Made by a program: the position numbers and the translations under genes. 46,313 bases of DNA, taken from a bacterium (GTDB lineage: Bacteria > Krumholzibacteriota > Krumholzibacteriia > LZORAL124-64-63). Positions 28,867 to 38,386 of the stretch are shown piece by piece (position 1 is the stretch's first letter; each line of letters starts with the position of its first letter). The notes beneath the pieces were generated by a model, which was given only the letters and a program-made list of their open reading frames with translations, was not told the origin of the DNA and searched no databases. The stretch lies in contig JANOEP010000058.1 in assembly GCA_031441465.1 (NCBI GenBank), positions 1-46,313 of the forward strand, given 5' to 3'.

Positions 28867-30226
28867 CCGTGGCGCCGCGCTGCGGACCGCCCTGCTCCTG
28901 GCGCTCGCGCTGGGTTCGCTGGGCGTCTCCGTCTGCGCCTCGCAATCCGAGCGGCCGGTCGCTCCGGCCGCGACGATCGCGCGAGCTTCCGCCCGCCAGG
29001 ATTCGCTGCGCAACGCCATCCGCCAGCGCCTGCACCGGATCGACGCTCTCCAGGACTCGCTCAAGACCGCCGAGGATCCGCAGGTCGCCCAGGCGATGCA
29101 GGGCCTCGAACAGGTCATCAAGGAGATGGAGGCCCAACTCCAGGACCTCGACGTGCGCATCGACGAGCGCCGCCTCGAGGTGTCCAATCCCAGCGGCAAC
29201 ATCCAGATCGAATTCCCCGCCGACTGGAGCGAAAAGGTCAGCCAGGGACTCAGCGCCATCACGGCGACGATCCTGGCCGAACTGCCCGACACGCTCGACC
29301 TGGAAAACGAGATCTCGAAGTTCCGCGAGCAGGCTCACGCCTTCAACTGGGACGTGTTCGCCGACGAACCCCCCGAGCGCAGGATCATCGGTTCGGAGAT
29401 CGTCACCACGGGCAACGACGCCGTGGTCGAGAGCGACGAGCGCGTCACCGGCAACGTGGTGGTCCTGCTCGGGGACGCGACGATCCTCGGCCAGGTCGAC
29501 GGCGATGTTGTCGTCGTGGGCGGGTCGCTGACCCTGGCCGACGAGGCCGTGGTGAAGGGGAACGCCGTCACGGTGTTCGGTACGTCGCGTCGCGACGAGA
29601 CCGCGAAGGTCGAGGGCAATGTGGTTACGGTGGGCGTCGCCGGCATCAGCAGCGACGACGGCTTGAACCGATTCGTCGGCAGCGGCGCGACCGGGCTGCT
29701 GGTGCTGCTGCCGCTCGGCGTGCTGTTCGGCTTGACGCTCTTGACCGTCGCCCTGGTGCCGGCCTGGCGGCTAGAGGTTGTGGCGAACCGCCTCTCGATG
29801 CAACCCGGCCGCAGCCTGCTGGTCGGTCTCGGTTGGCTCGTGCTCGGGCACTTCATGTTCGTGGTGGTGGTGGCCGTGCTCGCGATGACGATCATCGGGA
29901 TACCCCTGGCCCTGATGCTCGGCCTGGCCTACATCGTCCTGGGCCTGGTCGCCCTCGGCACCGTGGCCGGACGGGTCGGCAAGCGCCTCTGCGCGGGGCG
30001 CTTCCAGGATCGCCTGCAGTCGCTCGGCTGCATCGCGGCCGGACTCTTCGTGATCCTGTCGCCCGCCATCCTCGGGGCGATCCTGACGGCGATCCCGGCG
30101 CTCTCCGGCTTCGGCAAGATGCTGGAACTCCTGGCCGTGGTCGCGCAGCTGCCGATCTATTGCCTGGGCGTCGGCGCCATCCTCGACAGCCGTTTCGGCG
30201 GCCGACACCGCCCGGCTGCTGCTTGA
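28832..30226 (+). CDS. Membrane protein with coiled coil, beta-helical (polymer-forming/bactofilin-like) repeats and C-terminal TM bundle
   Basis: Signal-like N-terminus, repeated V.GNVVV.G motifs, about 5 TMs; GGAGG before ATG 28832. Confidence 0.75.
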   Translation: MSRRCTGRSRADRGAALRTALLLALALGSLGVSVCASQSERPVAPAATIARASARQDSLRNAIRQRLHRIDALQDSLKTAEDPQVAQAMQGLEQVIKEMEAQLQDLDVRIDERRLEVSNPSGNIQIEFPADWSEKVSQGLSAITATILAELPDTLDLENEISKFREQAHAFNWDVFADEPPERRIIGSEIVTTGNDAVVESDERVTGNVVVLLGDATILGQVDGDVVVVGGSLTLADEAVVKGNAVTVFGTSRRDETAKVEGNVVTVGVAGISSDDGLNRFVGSGATGLLVLLPLGVLFGLTLLTVALVPAWRLEVVANRLSMQPGRSLLVGLGWLVLGHFMFVVVVAVLAMTIIGIPLALMLGLAYIVLGLVALGTVAGRVGKRLCAGRFQDRLQSLGCIAAGLFVILSPAILGAILTAIPALSGFGKMLELLAVVAQLPIYCLGVGAILDSRFGGRHRPAAA

Positions 30227-30400
30227 ACGGGGGGATTTTCCCCACAAGAACTGCGTGATTTTACCCTCCCGGCCGTCCCCGTGTCGGTGGCCCTTCCATT
30301 CGCTGACCTGGCCCCACGACATTCAAACCATTGAATATCCGTCAGTTGTGTGTCAAGATCGGGCCTACGCCCGGTCGGTGGCCGCCGCCCGCACCCCGGC

Positions 30401-30414
30401 GGCACGAACCCTGC
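30401..30414 (+). promoter_or_regulatory. Candidate sigma54 -24/-12 promoter
   Basis: GGCACGAACCCTGC = GG-N10-GC resembling TGGCACG-N4-TTGC; AT-rich palindrome about 65 nt upstream. Confidence 0.35.
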
Positions 30415-30477
30415 GGGATCTCTGTCCAGCCACGGGACCGACGTCTCATAGGGGGGGACCAAGGATCTCAAGGGGCC

Positions 30478-31527
30478 ATGATGGACAGGACGAACTCCAA
30501 CTTCCCGGTCAAGACCCTGCGCGGCGCGACGCTCCTGGTGGCGTTGTTCGCGATGTCCTGGTCCGGTGACGCCGCTGGTCGGACCTTCACCGCGTCCAGC
30601 GGGCTGCGTGTCCGGATCCACACCCCCGCCGATCTGGCCCCCTACCTTGTCCACGAAGACGGCGCCTTGCTGCTGCGCCATCCGGCTCTCGGCGAGATCG
30701 AACTGCTGCAGGGTCCGCACGACCCCCGCCTGACCCGACGCGACGCCGCCGAATTCCTGCCCTTGCCCGCGGATGTCGTCGCCGACGCGCTGGGCGACCT
30801 CCAAACCTTGAAGCTCGACCTCGACGTCGACGTGTTCCTGCTGCCCGCTCCGCCGGCCGAAGTTCTCGGCAGCTTCGCGCGCGCGGGCGCCATCGTGCTG
30901 TCGCCGGCCTTCGGCCCCGTCGCGGCGAGCACCGTGGCCGACGTGACCGTCCACGAGTTGGGCCACGTGCTGACCTGGGCCTGCTTCGACCGCCGTCCCG
31001 AGCTGTGGGCACGCTATCTCGAGCTGCGCGGCCTCACGGCCGACCGCCACGGCCCCGAGGCTCCGCACGCGGAGCGTGCCCGCGAGATCCTGGCCGAGGA
31101 TATCCGCTTCCTGTTCGGCGGCGCGCTGGCGACCGCCAGCGGCGCCATCGAGAATCCCTCCCTGGTCACGCCCGACCAGGTCGGCGGTCTCCAGGAGTTC
31201 CTGAGCGAGGCTTTGGGCAGCGGGCCGGTCGTCGGCGCGGCGCTCGCCTGCACGGCGTACCCCAACCCCTGCAACCCGCTGACCACCGTCGCGATGGCCT
31301 TGCCCGCGGACGCCTTCGGCGACGCCGGCGAGGCGCTGCTGACCGTCTACGATCTGCGCGGCCAAGCCGTCCGCACGGTGCGCGGCGGCGAGATCCGCAA
31401 CGGTCGCCTGTTGGTGTCCTGGGACGGCCAGGACGACACGGGCCGTCGGGTGGCGTCCGGACGCTACGCCTACGCGCTGACCTGGCATCGGGCCGCCGGA
31501 CGCGGCACCGTCACCGTCGCGCGCTGA
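30478..31527 (+). CDS. Secreted HExxH zincin-like protein with FlgD-Ig CTD
   Basis: Signal peptide, VHELGH, later E..AED third-ligand-like motif, YPNPCNP...WDG CTD. Confidence 0.75.
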   Translation: MMDRTNSNFPVKTLRGATLLVALFAMSWSGDAAGRTFTASSGLRVRIHTPADLAPYLVHEDGALLLRHPALGEIELLQGPHDPRLTRRDAAEFLPLPADVVADALGDLQTLKLDLDVDVFLLPAPPAEVLGSFARAGAIVLSPAFGPVAASTVADVTVHELGHVLTWACFDRRPELWARYLELRGLTADRHGPEAPHAERAREILAEDIRFLFGGALATASGAIENPSLVTPDQVGGLQEFLSEALGSGPVVGAALACTAYPNPCNPLTTVAMALPADAFGDAGEALLTVYDLRGQAVRTVRGGEIRNGRLLVSWDGQDDTGRRVASGRYAYALTWHRAAGRGTVTVAR

Positions 31528-31669
31528 GCGCCTGGGGTCGCGGCCGTCCCGGGGGGGGCGACCACGGCCCTGGCGCCAATCTCCTCTCGTCTTCCCACTC
31601 GCCGGTTGTCCCCGCCGACTTGCCGACGTAACCTGAACCGGAACCGGCCAACGGGGAGGCAGCTTGACC

Positions 31670-32725
31670 ATGCCCAGGCACAGCCGATGCCGTCTGCTGA
31701 CCGCGGCGATGCTCTGCGCGGCGCTCGCGCCGGTCGTCACGGCCGGCTCCCTGCGCGGCGAAGCCCCCCGTGCGCGGCACCAGCGCGGCCTGGCGGCCGT
31801 CGATTCGCTCATGGCCGCCGGCAGCTGGGAAATCGTCGCCGCGCGCGCCGAGATCGTGCTGGCCGACGACGGCGTGGACGAGGATCTGCGCTGGCGTCTG
31901 CACCAGCGCGCGGGTCTCGCCTTGCAGCGCCTCGACCGCCTGGACGCGGCCCTGGCCCACCTTGAGCAAGCCGTGCTGTGGGGGCCGACGGAAGCCGTCA
32001 ACCACCGCAACCTGGCCACGTTGCTGGTCGCCCTCGACCGGCGCGGCCGCGCGCTGGCGGAGTTCGGCCTTGCCTGCGACCTCGACCCCGCGGACTGCGC
32101 CGTGCGGGTCGAGTACGCACATGTCCTGGTCGACTACGGGCAGCTCCGCGAGGCGATGGCGACGCTGTCGGCCGCCGCGGACCTCTGCGGACCGGAGGAT
32201 CCCCGGTTGTTGAGGGCCCGGGCGCGCTGCCGTCTCGCGGGCGGCGATCCGGCCGCCGCGCTGCCGGACCTCGAACGTCTTCACGATCTCGCGCCGACGC
32301 CTCAGAGCGGCCAGCAATTGGCCCTCGCGCGCTTGCGCGCCGGGCAACCCGCGGCGGCCAGGCTCCTGCTGCTGCCTCGCTGGCGCGAGGAATTGGACGA
32401 CCAGGGCCTGCGCATCCTGCTGGAGGCCGACGCCGCACTCGGCGATCCCGCGCACGCCGTCTCACTGGCGCTGTCCCTCAGCGAAGGCGGCGCCCGCCTG
32501 CCGCGCGACCCGTCGGTCTGGTCCCAGGCCGCCTTGGTCTGCATCGGGACGAACCGCGACCACGAGGGGCTGATCCTCATCGACCAAGCCATCGCCTTGG
32601 CGCCCGATGATCCGGGTTTGCGCCACAACCGCGTGCTCCTGCTGAAGCGCCTGGGCCGTGCCGACGAGGCGGAGCAGGAATGGGCCCGGGTTCTGGCTCT
32701 GGAGCCGGACCGGATTCCCGACTAG
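31670..32725 (+). CDS. Tetratricopeptide repeat protein
   Basis: Signal-like N-terminus and multiple TPR helices; GGGGAGG upstream (TTG 31664 alternative start). Confidence 0.75.
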   Translation: MPRHSRCRLLTAAMLCAALAPVVTAGSLRGEAPRARHQRGLAAVDSLMAAGSWEIVAARAEIVLADDGVDEDLRWRLHQRAGLALQRLDRLDAALAHLEQAVLWGPTEAVNHRNLATLLVALDRRGRALAEFGLACDLDPADCAVRVEYAHVLVDYGQLREAMATLSAAADLCGPEDPRLLRARARCRLAGGDPAAALPDLERLHDLAPTPQSGQQLALARLRAGQPAAARLLLLPRWREELDDQGLRILLEADAALGDPAHAVSLALSLSEGGARLPRDPSVWSQAALVCIGTNRDHEGLILIDQAIALAPDDPGLRHNRVLLLKRLGRADEAEQEWARVLALEPDRIPD

Positions 32726-32900
32726 TCGGCCGTCGAATCCGACGCCTCGACCCGCTCCGGACCAACTCCCGGTTGATTTCAGGCGCTGCTTGCCCTTACT
32801 TTGAACCGAGCTTGGTACCGTGCCTTAGCGCCGCACCCTCGTTCCTGCCGGAACCGGGGGCGGCAGCGGTTGTGCAGGATTTCGGGAGGTCGAGATCTTG

Positions 32901-34283
32901 ATGAAGAAGCTAGATCCGCGCGCCGGCTCGCTCGTCGCCGTGGCCGCAGCCGCCGCGCTGCTGGCGCTCGGCTGTTCCCTGGAGCCGGAAATCTCGGAGT
33001 CGCTGGACATTACGGGCAACCACAGCACCGGCGATCTGTTGATGGTCACGGCGGACACCTCGTCGGACGGCTACCAGTACCTCGAGCCGGATCTCTCGCC
33101 CGACGGCACTCGCCTCGCTTTCACCATCGACTGGTTGGCGATCACTCCTCCGGGGCAGCCGCCCGACGTGCCGCCGCTGATCCGTCAGCTGGCGGTCATG
33201 CCGCTGCAGGTGCAGGATCGTCCGAAGCTCAACCTGCGCGAGCAGGGTGCGGCCCTGATGCTGCTGAACACCTACCGCATGTCCATCGGCATCGGGCAGG
33301 TGCCTCTGCTGCCGAACCGGGACTACCAGAAGGGCACGCCCCGCTGGCTCAACGATGACGATCTCGTCTTCTGGATGGAGACGCCGCGAGGCGCGCGGCT
33401 CTTCCACACCAGGGTTCCGCCCAACTTCACCAACGGGCAGGACCTCGACATCACGCTCCTGCTGCGCGAGCCCGACGACGACCTCGTCCTGGGCTGGAAA
33501 TACTGGGAAGACATGTCGCCCAGCGTCTCGCCGAACGGGCGCTGGATCGCCTATTCCCGCTACGGCCACGCGGACGCCGATTCGCTGTCCCAGGCGACGG
33601 ACCAGGCGATCTGGGTCTGCGCCGTCCCCGAGGCGGGCCAACTCAGCCCGCTGGCGTTCCCGATCACCCGCGAAGTGTCGATCTGCGACACCCCGTCCTG
33701 GTCCCCGGACGGGCGCCAGATCGTCTTCTCGGCCACGCTCGACCTCGCGAACGTCAACGACTTCACCACCCGCGAACTGTTCACCGTGGACTTCGACACG
33801 ACCGGCCTGGCCGCCAACGGCGAGGTCGTGCTGGATCGCGGCCTCTCGCGTCTGACGACGTCGCCGCCGCCCTCCGGCAGCAACTTCATCGTCCGCAACA
33901 TGGAGCCGACCTACAATCCCGACGGCTCGTCGATCATCTTCGTCTCGGATCGGCGCGTGCCGACGATCACGCTGAACGAGCGCAACATCTGGCGGATCCC
34001 GGCCGACGGCAGCCTCGAACCCCGGCTCCTGTTCTTCACGCGATCCGACGACCAGGGAGCGTTCTTCACCGGGCGCACGCCCGACGAGATCCTCCTCACG
34101 AGTTCCGTCGGGTTCCCGACCGAGATGCTGGACGAACTCTGGAGCGCAGCCTACGACAGCATCGCGGAGGCCAATCCGGATCTGACCGCGATCCAGATCG
34201 AAACCCTCGCCGACCAGCAGCGCGAGCAGCTAGAGTTCTTCGAGGGTGTGATGACCCACCTCTACCTCTTCAGCAACTGGTAG
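32901..34283 (+). CDS. Lipoprotein with TolB-like/PD40 beta-propeller repeats
   Basis: Lipobox LALGC; P.LSPDG, SPNG, PSWSPDG, YNPDG repeats. Confidence 0.82.
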   Translation: MKKLDPRAGSLVAVAAAAALLALGCSLEPEISESLDITGNHSTGDLLMVTADTSSDGYQYLEPDLSPDGTRLAFTIDWLAITPPGQPPDVPPLIRQLAVMPLQVQDRPKLNLREQGAALMLLNTYRMSIGIGQVPLLPNRDYQKGTPRWLNDDDLVFWMETPRGARLFHTRVPPNFTNGQDLDITLLLREPDDDLVLGWKYWEDMSPSVSPNGRWIAYSRYGHADADSLSQATDQAIWVCAVPEAGQLSPLAFPITREVSICDTPSWSPDGRQIVFSATLDLANVNDFTTRELFTVDFDTTGLAANGEVVLDRGLSRLTTSPPPSGSNFIVRNMEPTYNPDGSSIIFVSDRRVPTITLNERNIWRIPADGSLEPRLLFFTRSDDQGAFFTGRTPDEILLTSSVGFPTEMLDELWSAAYDSIAEANPDLTAIQIETLADQQREQLEFFEGVMTHLYLFSNW

Positions 34284-34291
34284 CAGGATCG

Positions 34292-34918
34292 ATGGCACAC
34301 GACGCCCGACCCGCCGACGAGATCGTCAGGGTCGGGCGTTTGCTTTACGAACGGCGTTACGTCGTGGCGGGGGAGGGGAACCTGTCGGTGAGGCTCGGCC
34401 CGGGACGCTACCTGGTCACCCCGGCCGGCGCGGTCAAGGGCGACCTCACCCCGGACGAACTGGTCGAGGTCGATGATGACGGTCGACCCCGCAGCCCGGG
34501 CCGGCCCAGTTCGGAGTGGCCGCTGCACGCCGAGATCTACCGGCAACGGCCCGACGTGTCCGCGGTCTGCCACGCCCACCCACCGCGGGCGACCGCCTAC
34601 GCCTGCGCGCGCCGCGTCCTGCCCGCATCCATCCTGCCCGAGGCCGTGCAGCTGCTCGGGGGCGAGGTCCCGCTGGCGCCCTACGCCACCCCCGGCACCC
34701 CCGAAATGGCAGCCTCGATCCGGCCGCTCATCGCGCGTCACCAGGCGTTGCTGCTGGCGAACCACGGCGTCGTGACCGTGGGGGGCTCGCTCGAAGAAGC
34801 CTACCGGCGGCTCGAGACGGTGGAGAGGGTGGCGGAGGTGGCGTTGGATGCGGAGAGGCTGGGCGGCGCCGTCCGCCTGACCCCGCGGCAGGTCCGCAAG
34901 TTGAACGACGCGGTCTGA
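34292..34918 (+). CDS. Class II aldolase/adducin family protein (FucA/MtnB-like)
   Basis: GNLS, PSSEW.LH, HAH, LLANHG metal ligands. Confidence 0.9.
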   Translation: MAHDARPADEIVRVGRLLYERRYVVAGEGNLSVRLGPGRYLVTPAGAVKGDLTPDELVEVDDDGRPRSPGRPSSEWPLHAEIYRQRPDVSAVCHAHPPRATAYACARRVLPASILPEAVQLLGGEVPLAPYATPGTPEMAASIRPLIARHQALLLANHGVVTVGGSLEEAYRRLETVERVAEVALDAERLGGAVRLTPRQVRKLNDAV

Positions 34919-34926
34919 AGACGCGG

Positions 34927-34956
34927 CAGAGGCGAGGCCGCGGGGCCTCGCCTCTG
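34927..34956. terminator. Hairpin between convergent genes
   Basis: CAGAGGCGAGGCC-gcgg-GGCCTCGCCTCTG 13-bp stem; no clear U tract. Confidence 0.5.
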
Positions 34957-34980
34957 TCGGGGACCATCCCGTGGCCGGAA

Positions 34981-36183
34981 CTAGAAGAACAAGTGGGCGC
35001 CGGCCCAGACGAAGTACTCGGCATCCCCCGGCGCCGAGTAGAGATCCGCCGTATCCTCATAAGTGAACATGCCGAGCCCACCCTCGAGGTCCACGTCGGC
35101 GTTGAGCATGTAGTTCAACTTGAGGTCCAGTTCGCTGCCGATCGCGTCGTCGGCGCCCGTGTCCTCGGCTTCCGTGAACAGGAAGAAGTCGGCCGAGACG
35201 TCCAGGCTCTCGACGGGCGTGAAGCCGCCGGCGAAGCGCATGGCCGTGACGTTGTTCCAGCCCTGGACGTTCATGATGCCGAGGAACTCGCTCTGCGAGC
35301 CGTAGGGCGAATTGAAGGATTCGTTCTCAGGCGTCGCGGCGTCGTCGCCGCTGGCGAAGTTGTACTCGAAGCCGATGTAAGGTTCGATCGTGCTGTCGAA
35401 GTCGTAGAACAGGCCGGTGTACCAGCCCAGCGCGGACAGGTCGCGTTCCGCCGGCAGGTAGGTCGTGCCGGTCTGGACCACGGCTTCGCCGTAGAAGTGC
35501 AGCCCGTTGCTCACGTAGTCCACGAGGCCGCCGAACAGCATCGCGCGGTCGTTGTCGAGGTCGGGGCTGGCCCAGTTCTCGTGGGTCATCATCATGGCGT
35601 AGGGCTCGAACCAGAAGTTCTCGTCGGCGTCGAAGTGCAGGTAGAGGCCGGAGAGGTTGTCGTCGCCGGCGCCGGACGCGTACTTGCCGGCGTAGGTCTC
35701 CTGCAGCTTGAAGTTGAAGTAGTCCAGCCAGCCGCTCTCGAAGTTGTAGCGGCCGTGGACGCCGTCGAACAGGATGTTCGTCGCCAGGTCCCAGTCCTCG
35801 ACGCCGATCACGCGCTCGCGGCCGTAGGCGACCGGCATCCGGCCCAGGGTGAGGTCGAAGTCGGCGACCAGGAAGTTGCGCATCGTGAACGTGGCCTGGT
35901 AGATCGAGTTCACGTCGCTGGCGGCGTCGCCGAGCACGCGGTAGTTCTCGACCGTCAGGTTGTAGTCGGCGCTCTCGTTGACGTCGCCCGCGAAGGCGAT
36001 GCGCGAACGCAGGCGGGCGGAGGCCTCGGCGTCGTCGGCGTCGCCGTCCTGGTCGACGTTCTCCATGCCTTCCCACCGGTACCACATCGAGCCGGTGAAG
36101 TCGCTGGCTTGGGCGCTCGCGGCCAGACCCACGCCGATCAGGACGGCGAGGACGACCACCAGGATCAAGAGTCTTTTCAGCAT
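34981..36183 (-). CDS. Outer-membrane beta-barrel (alginate-export/porin-like)
   Basis: Signal peptide, amphipathic strands, GR...YGRERVIG, ASGDD, GSELDL motifs, C-terminal Phe; start at ATG 36183. Confidence 0.82.
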   Translation of the reverse strand: MLKRLLILVVVLAVLIGVGLAASAQASDFTGSMWYRWEGMENVDQDGDADDAEASARLRSRIAFAGDVNESADYNLTVENYRVLGDAASDVNSIYQATFTMRNFLVADFDLTLGRMPVAYGRERVIGVEDWDLATNILFDGVHGRYNFESGWLDYFNFKLQETYAGKYASGAGDDNLSGLYLHFDADENFWFEPYAMMMTHENWASPDLDNDRAMLFGGLVDYVSNGLHFYGEAVVQTGTTYLPAERDLSALGWYTGLFYDFDSTIEPYIGFEYNFASGDDAATPENESFNSPYGSQSEFLGIMNVQGWNNVTAMRFAGGFTPVESLDVSADFFLFTEAEDTGADDAIGSELDLKLNYMLNADVDLEGGLGMFTYEDTADLYSAPGDAEYFVWAGAHLFF

Positions 36184-36286
36184 GTCGCTTTCCTCCGTGA
36201 AAGGGCACAACCTGGGACACAGCAGATATGGATCCATCGATCTCGTGCCGGGGCGCCGTGGGGCGGCGCCGGGTCGACGATCGACA

Positions 36287-37543
36287 TCACCTCCCCTCGT
36301 ACTGCGCGGTCAACCGGTCGACGATCGCGGACCAGCTGAAGCGCTCCTCGATGATCCGCCGAGCGCGAGCCGCGCGGGCTGCCGCTTCGGCGGGGTCGGC
36401 CAGGGCCGCCAGGACGGTCCCGGCGAAGCTGTCGTCGGGCTCGGCCAGCCAAAGGGCGCGGTCCTGATCGCCGGCAATGCCTTCGGCGCCGATCGGGGTG
36501 GTCACCACCGGAATCCCGGCGGCCATGGCCTCCAGGATCTTGATCTTGATGCCGCCGCCCTCGGTCAGCGGCGCCGCCATCAGGCGGCTGTCGCGGTAGA
36601 GGGCGTCGAGGTGCCGGACGAATCCGGGAGCCGACACGCGCGGGTCCCGCGCGGACAGCGACGCCAGGAACGACCGGGGACCGCCGCCGGCCAGCACCAG
36701 GCTCGAGTTCGGCTCGTATTGGGCGATGCGCGGCCAGACCTTGTCAACGAGAAATTCCGCAGCGGAGCGGTTGGGCGCGTGGCCGAAACTGCCGACGAAC
36801 AAGAGCCGGGACGGGCCGGCGGGCAGCCAGACGGGGCGCTGCCCGTCCGTGTCGATCCCCAGGGGGATGGTCACGCCGCCGCGGCCGCCGCAGGCGGTGA
36901 GCAGGTCCCGGTCCTGGTCGGTGACGCAGAAGACGGCGTCGGCCCAGTGCGAGGCGTCGGCCTGCAGCCGGCGCCAAGCGGCGGCCTGGTGCCGCAGCAG
37001 ATATCGGCGCAAGGGGTTGCCGGCGAGGGCGGCGCGGCGTTCGCGGGGCAGGGAGCCCATTTCGTGGCTGCTCAAAAAGATCCTGGGCGCGGGGCGCCCC
37101 GCCGACGCCTCGCGGTCGCGCCAGGACGCCAGGTCCCGCACCAGCAGGGCCGTCTGCAGGTACTCGCACTGGACGGCCTCGGGAGCGCTGGCCGCCACGG
37201 CGTCGACGACGGCCGCGGCGAGCGCCGGTGTCCGGTACTTCTCGACGTAGTAGGGGTAACCGTGCCTCAGGCCGCGCAGCCCCGCCCCGAGGCGGGAGGC
37301 GGCCAAGCGCACCAGTTCGCTGGGGGAACCGGCGCCGGCGTCCAGGAACGGCACCGTCGTCACGCGGCAGCCGAGCGCCGTCGCCGTCGGAGCGGCGAGG
37401 CCCGCTTCGCCGGGTCGTTCCAGGGCGACCAGCGTCACTTCGTGCCGCCGGGCGAGCGCGCGCACCATGCCGCGCACGGCGACGCCGCCGCCGTGACCGA
37501 TCGCATCGTGGGGGAGGTAGGGGGTCAGCAGCGTCACCCGCAT
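36287..37543 (-). CDS. Glycosyltransferase family 4 (GT-B)
   Basis: LFVGSF.H.PN, GGIKIKILEAMAAGIPVVTT, FSW; alternative start 37555. Confidence 0.9.
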   Translation of the reverse strand: MRVTLLTPYLPHDAIGHGGGVAVRGMVRALARRHEVTLVALERPGEAGLAAPTATALGCRVTTVPFLDAGAGSPSELVRLAASRLGAGLRGLRHGYPYYVEKYRTPALAAAVVDAVAASAPEAVQCEYLQTALLVRDLASWRDREASAGRPAPRIFLSSHEMGSLPRERRAALAGNPLRRYLLRHQAAAWRRLQADASHWADAVFCVTDQDRDLLTACGGRGGVTIPLGIDTDGQRPVWLPAGPSRLLFVGSFGHAPNRSAAEFLVDKVWPRIAQYEPNSSLVLAGGGPRSFLASLSARDPRVSAPGFVRHLDALYRDSRLMAAPLTEGGGIKIKILEAMAAGIPVVTTPIGAEGIAGDQDRALWLAEPDDSFAGTVLAALADPAEAAARAARARRIIEERFSWSAIVDRLTAQYEGR

Positions 37544-37592
37544 GCGGCGTCCCATCCGGGGTTGGCAGGGAGCGACGGCGAGCCGGCGGCCG

Positions 37593-37877
37593 TCAGTAGA
37601 GGACGTAGCCCTTGGTGTCGGCGAGGTTCTTCTTGACCTTGTCCAGTTCGACTTCGAATTCGGTGGTGCCGTCCTGGAGCGCGGGCTTGTGCAGGTGCAT
37701 CCAGACGGACGCCTCCTCGTCGATCTCGTCCTCGATGCGCAGCAGTTGCGTCAGCTTGGACTCGATCATCACCCCGAACCGTTCCTCGTCGATCTCGAGG
37801 TCGAGATGCTCCTCGTCGAGCAGGAGGTTCATGATGCGGCTGGACAGGCCGCTGATGCGCTCTTCGGACAGTCTCAT
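37593..37877 (-). CDS. DUF507 family protein
   Basis: MRLSEERI...EDEIDEE...KKNLA..KG.VL pattern. Confidence 0.8.
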   Translation of the reverse strand: MRLSEERISGLSSRIMNLLLDEEHLDLEIDEERFGVMIESKLTQLLRIEDEIDEEASVWMHLHKPALQDGTTEFEVELDKVKKNLADTKGYVLY

Positions 37878-37908
37878 GGGTCGCGGCTCCCGGTGCGGGT
37901 CAGGCGGC

Positions 37909-38190
37909 TCAGAGCACGAAGCCCTGTTTGCGGGCGATTTCGCGCTTCATCTTGGCGCGCAGGGCGCCGTAATCCATCTCCATGGCCCGGATCTCGCCCA
38001 GGTGCTGCTTGAGCAGTTCCTCGACTTCGGCCTCGATCTGGTCCTCGGTGCGCATGTCGTCGAAGATCGTGTCGGCGATGACGCGGTAGACCAGGTCGGA
38101 GTTCGTCTGGATGTGCAGGCGGGGGTCGCGCTCGATCATCTCGAGCAGTTTTTCCGCCAGGAACTCGATTTTGTTGGACGACAGACGCAC
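37909..38190 (-). CDS. DUF507 family protein
   Basis: GTG start; RLS..KI..LA...EDQIEAEV...MKREIARKQGFVL; tandem paralog of the neighbouring gene. Confidence 0.8.
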   Translation of the reverse strand: MRLSSNKIEFLAEKLLEMIERDPRLHIQTNSDLVYRVIADTIFDDMRTEDQIEAEVEELLKQHLGEIRAMEMDYGALRAKMKREIARKQGFVL

Positions 38191-38386
38191 TTCGGCTCCC
38201 CGGTTCGGGCACGCTGAATCTCGCCCGCCCATGGAAACCTGTTTACCTCCCCTTGGCAAGGGGATTTCGATGCACTACCCTGAACTGCCGCGAGCCGACC
38301 GGGCGAACCGGGAACCGCCGGGCGGCCCGTGCGGTAGAACGACGCCGTCGCCGAAACCGCTGTCGCCATTTCGAGGAGGATTGAGC

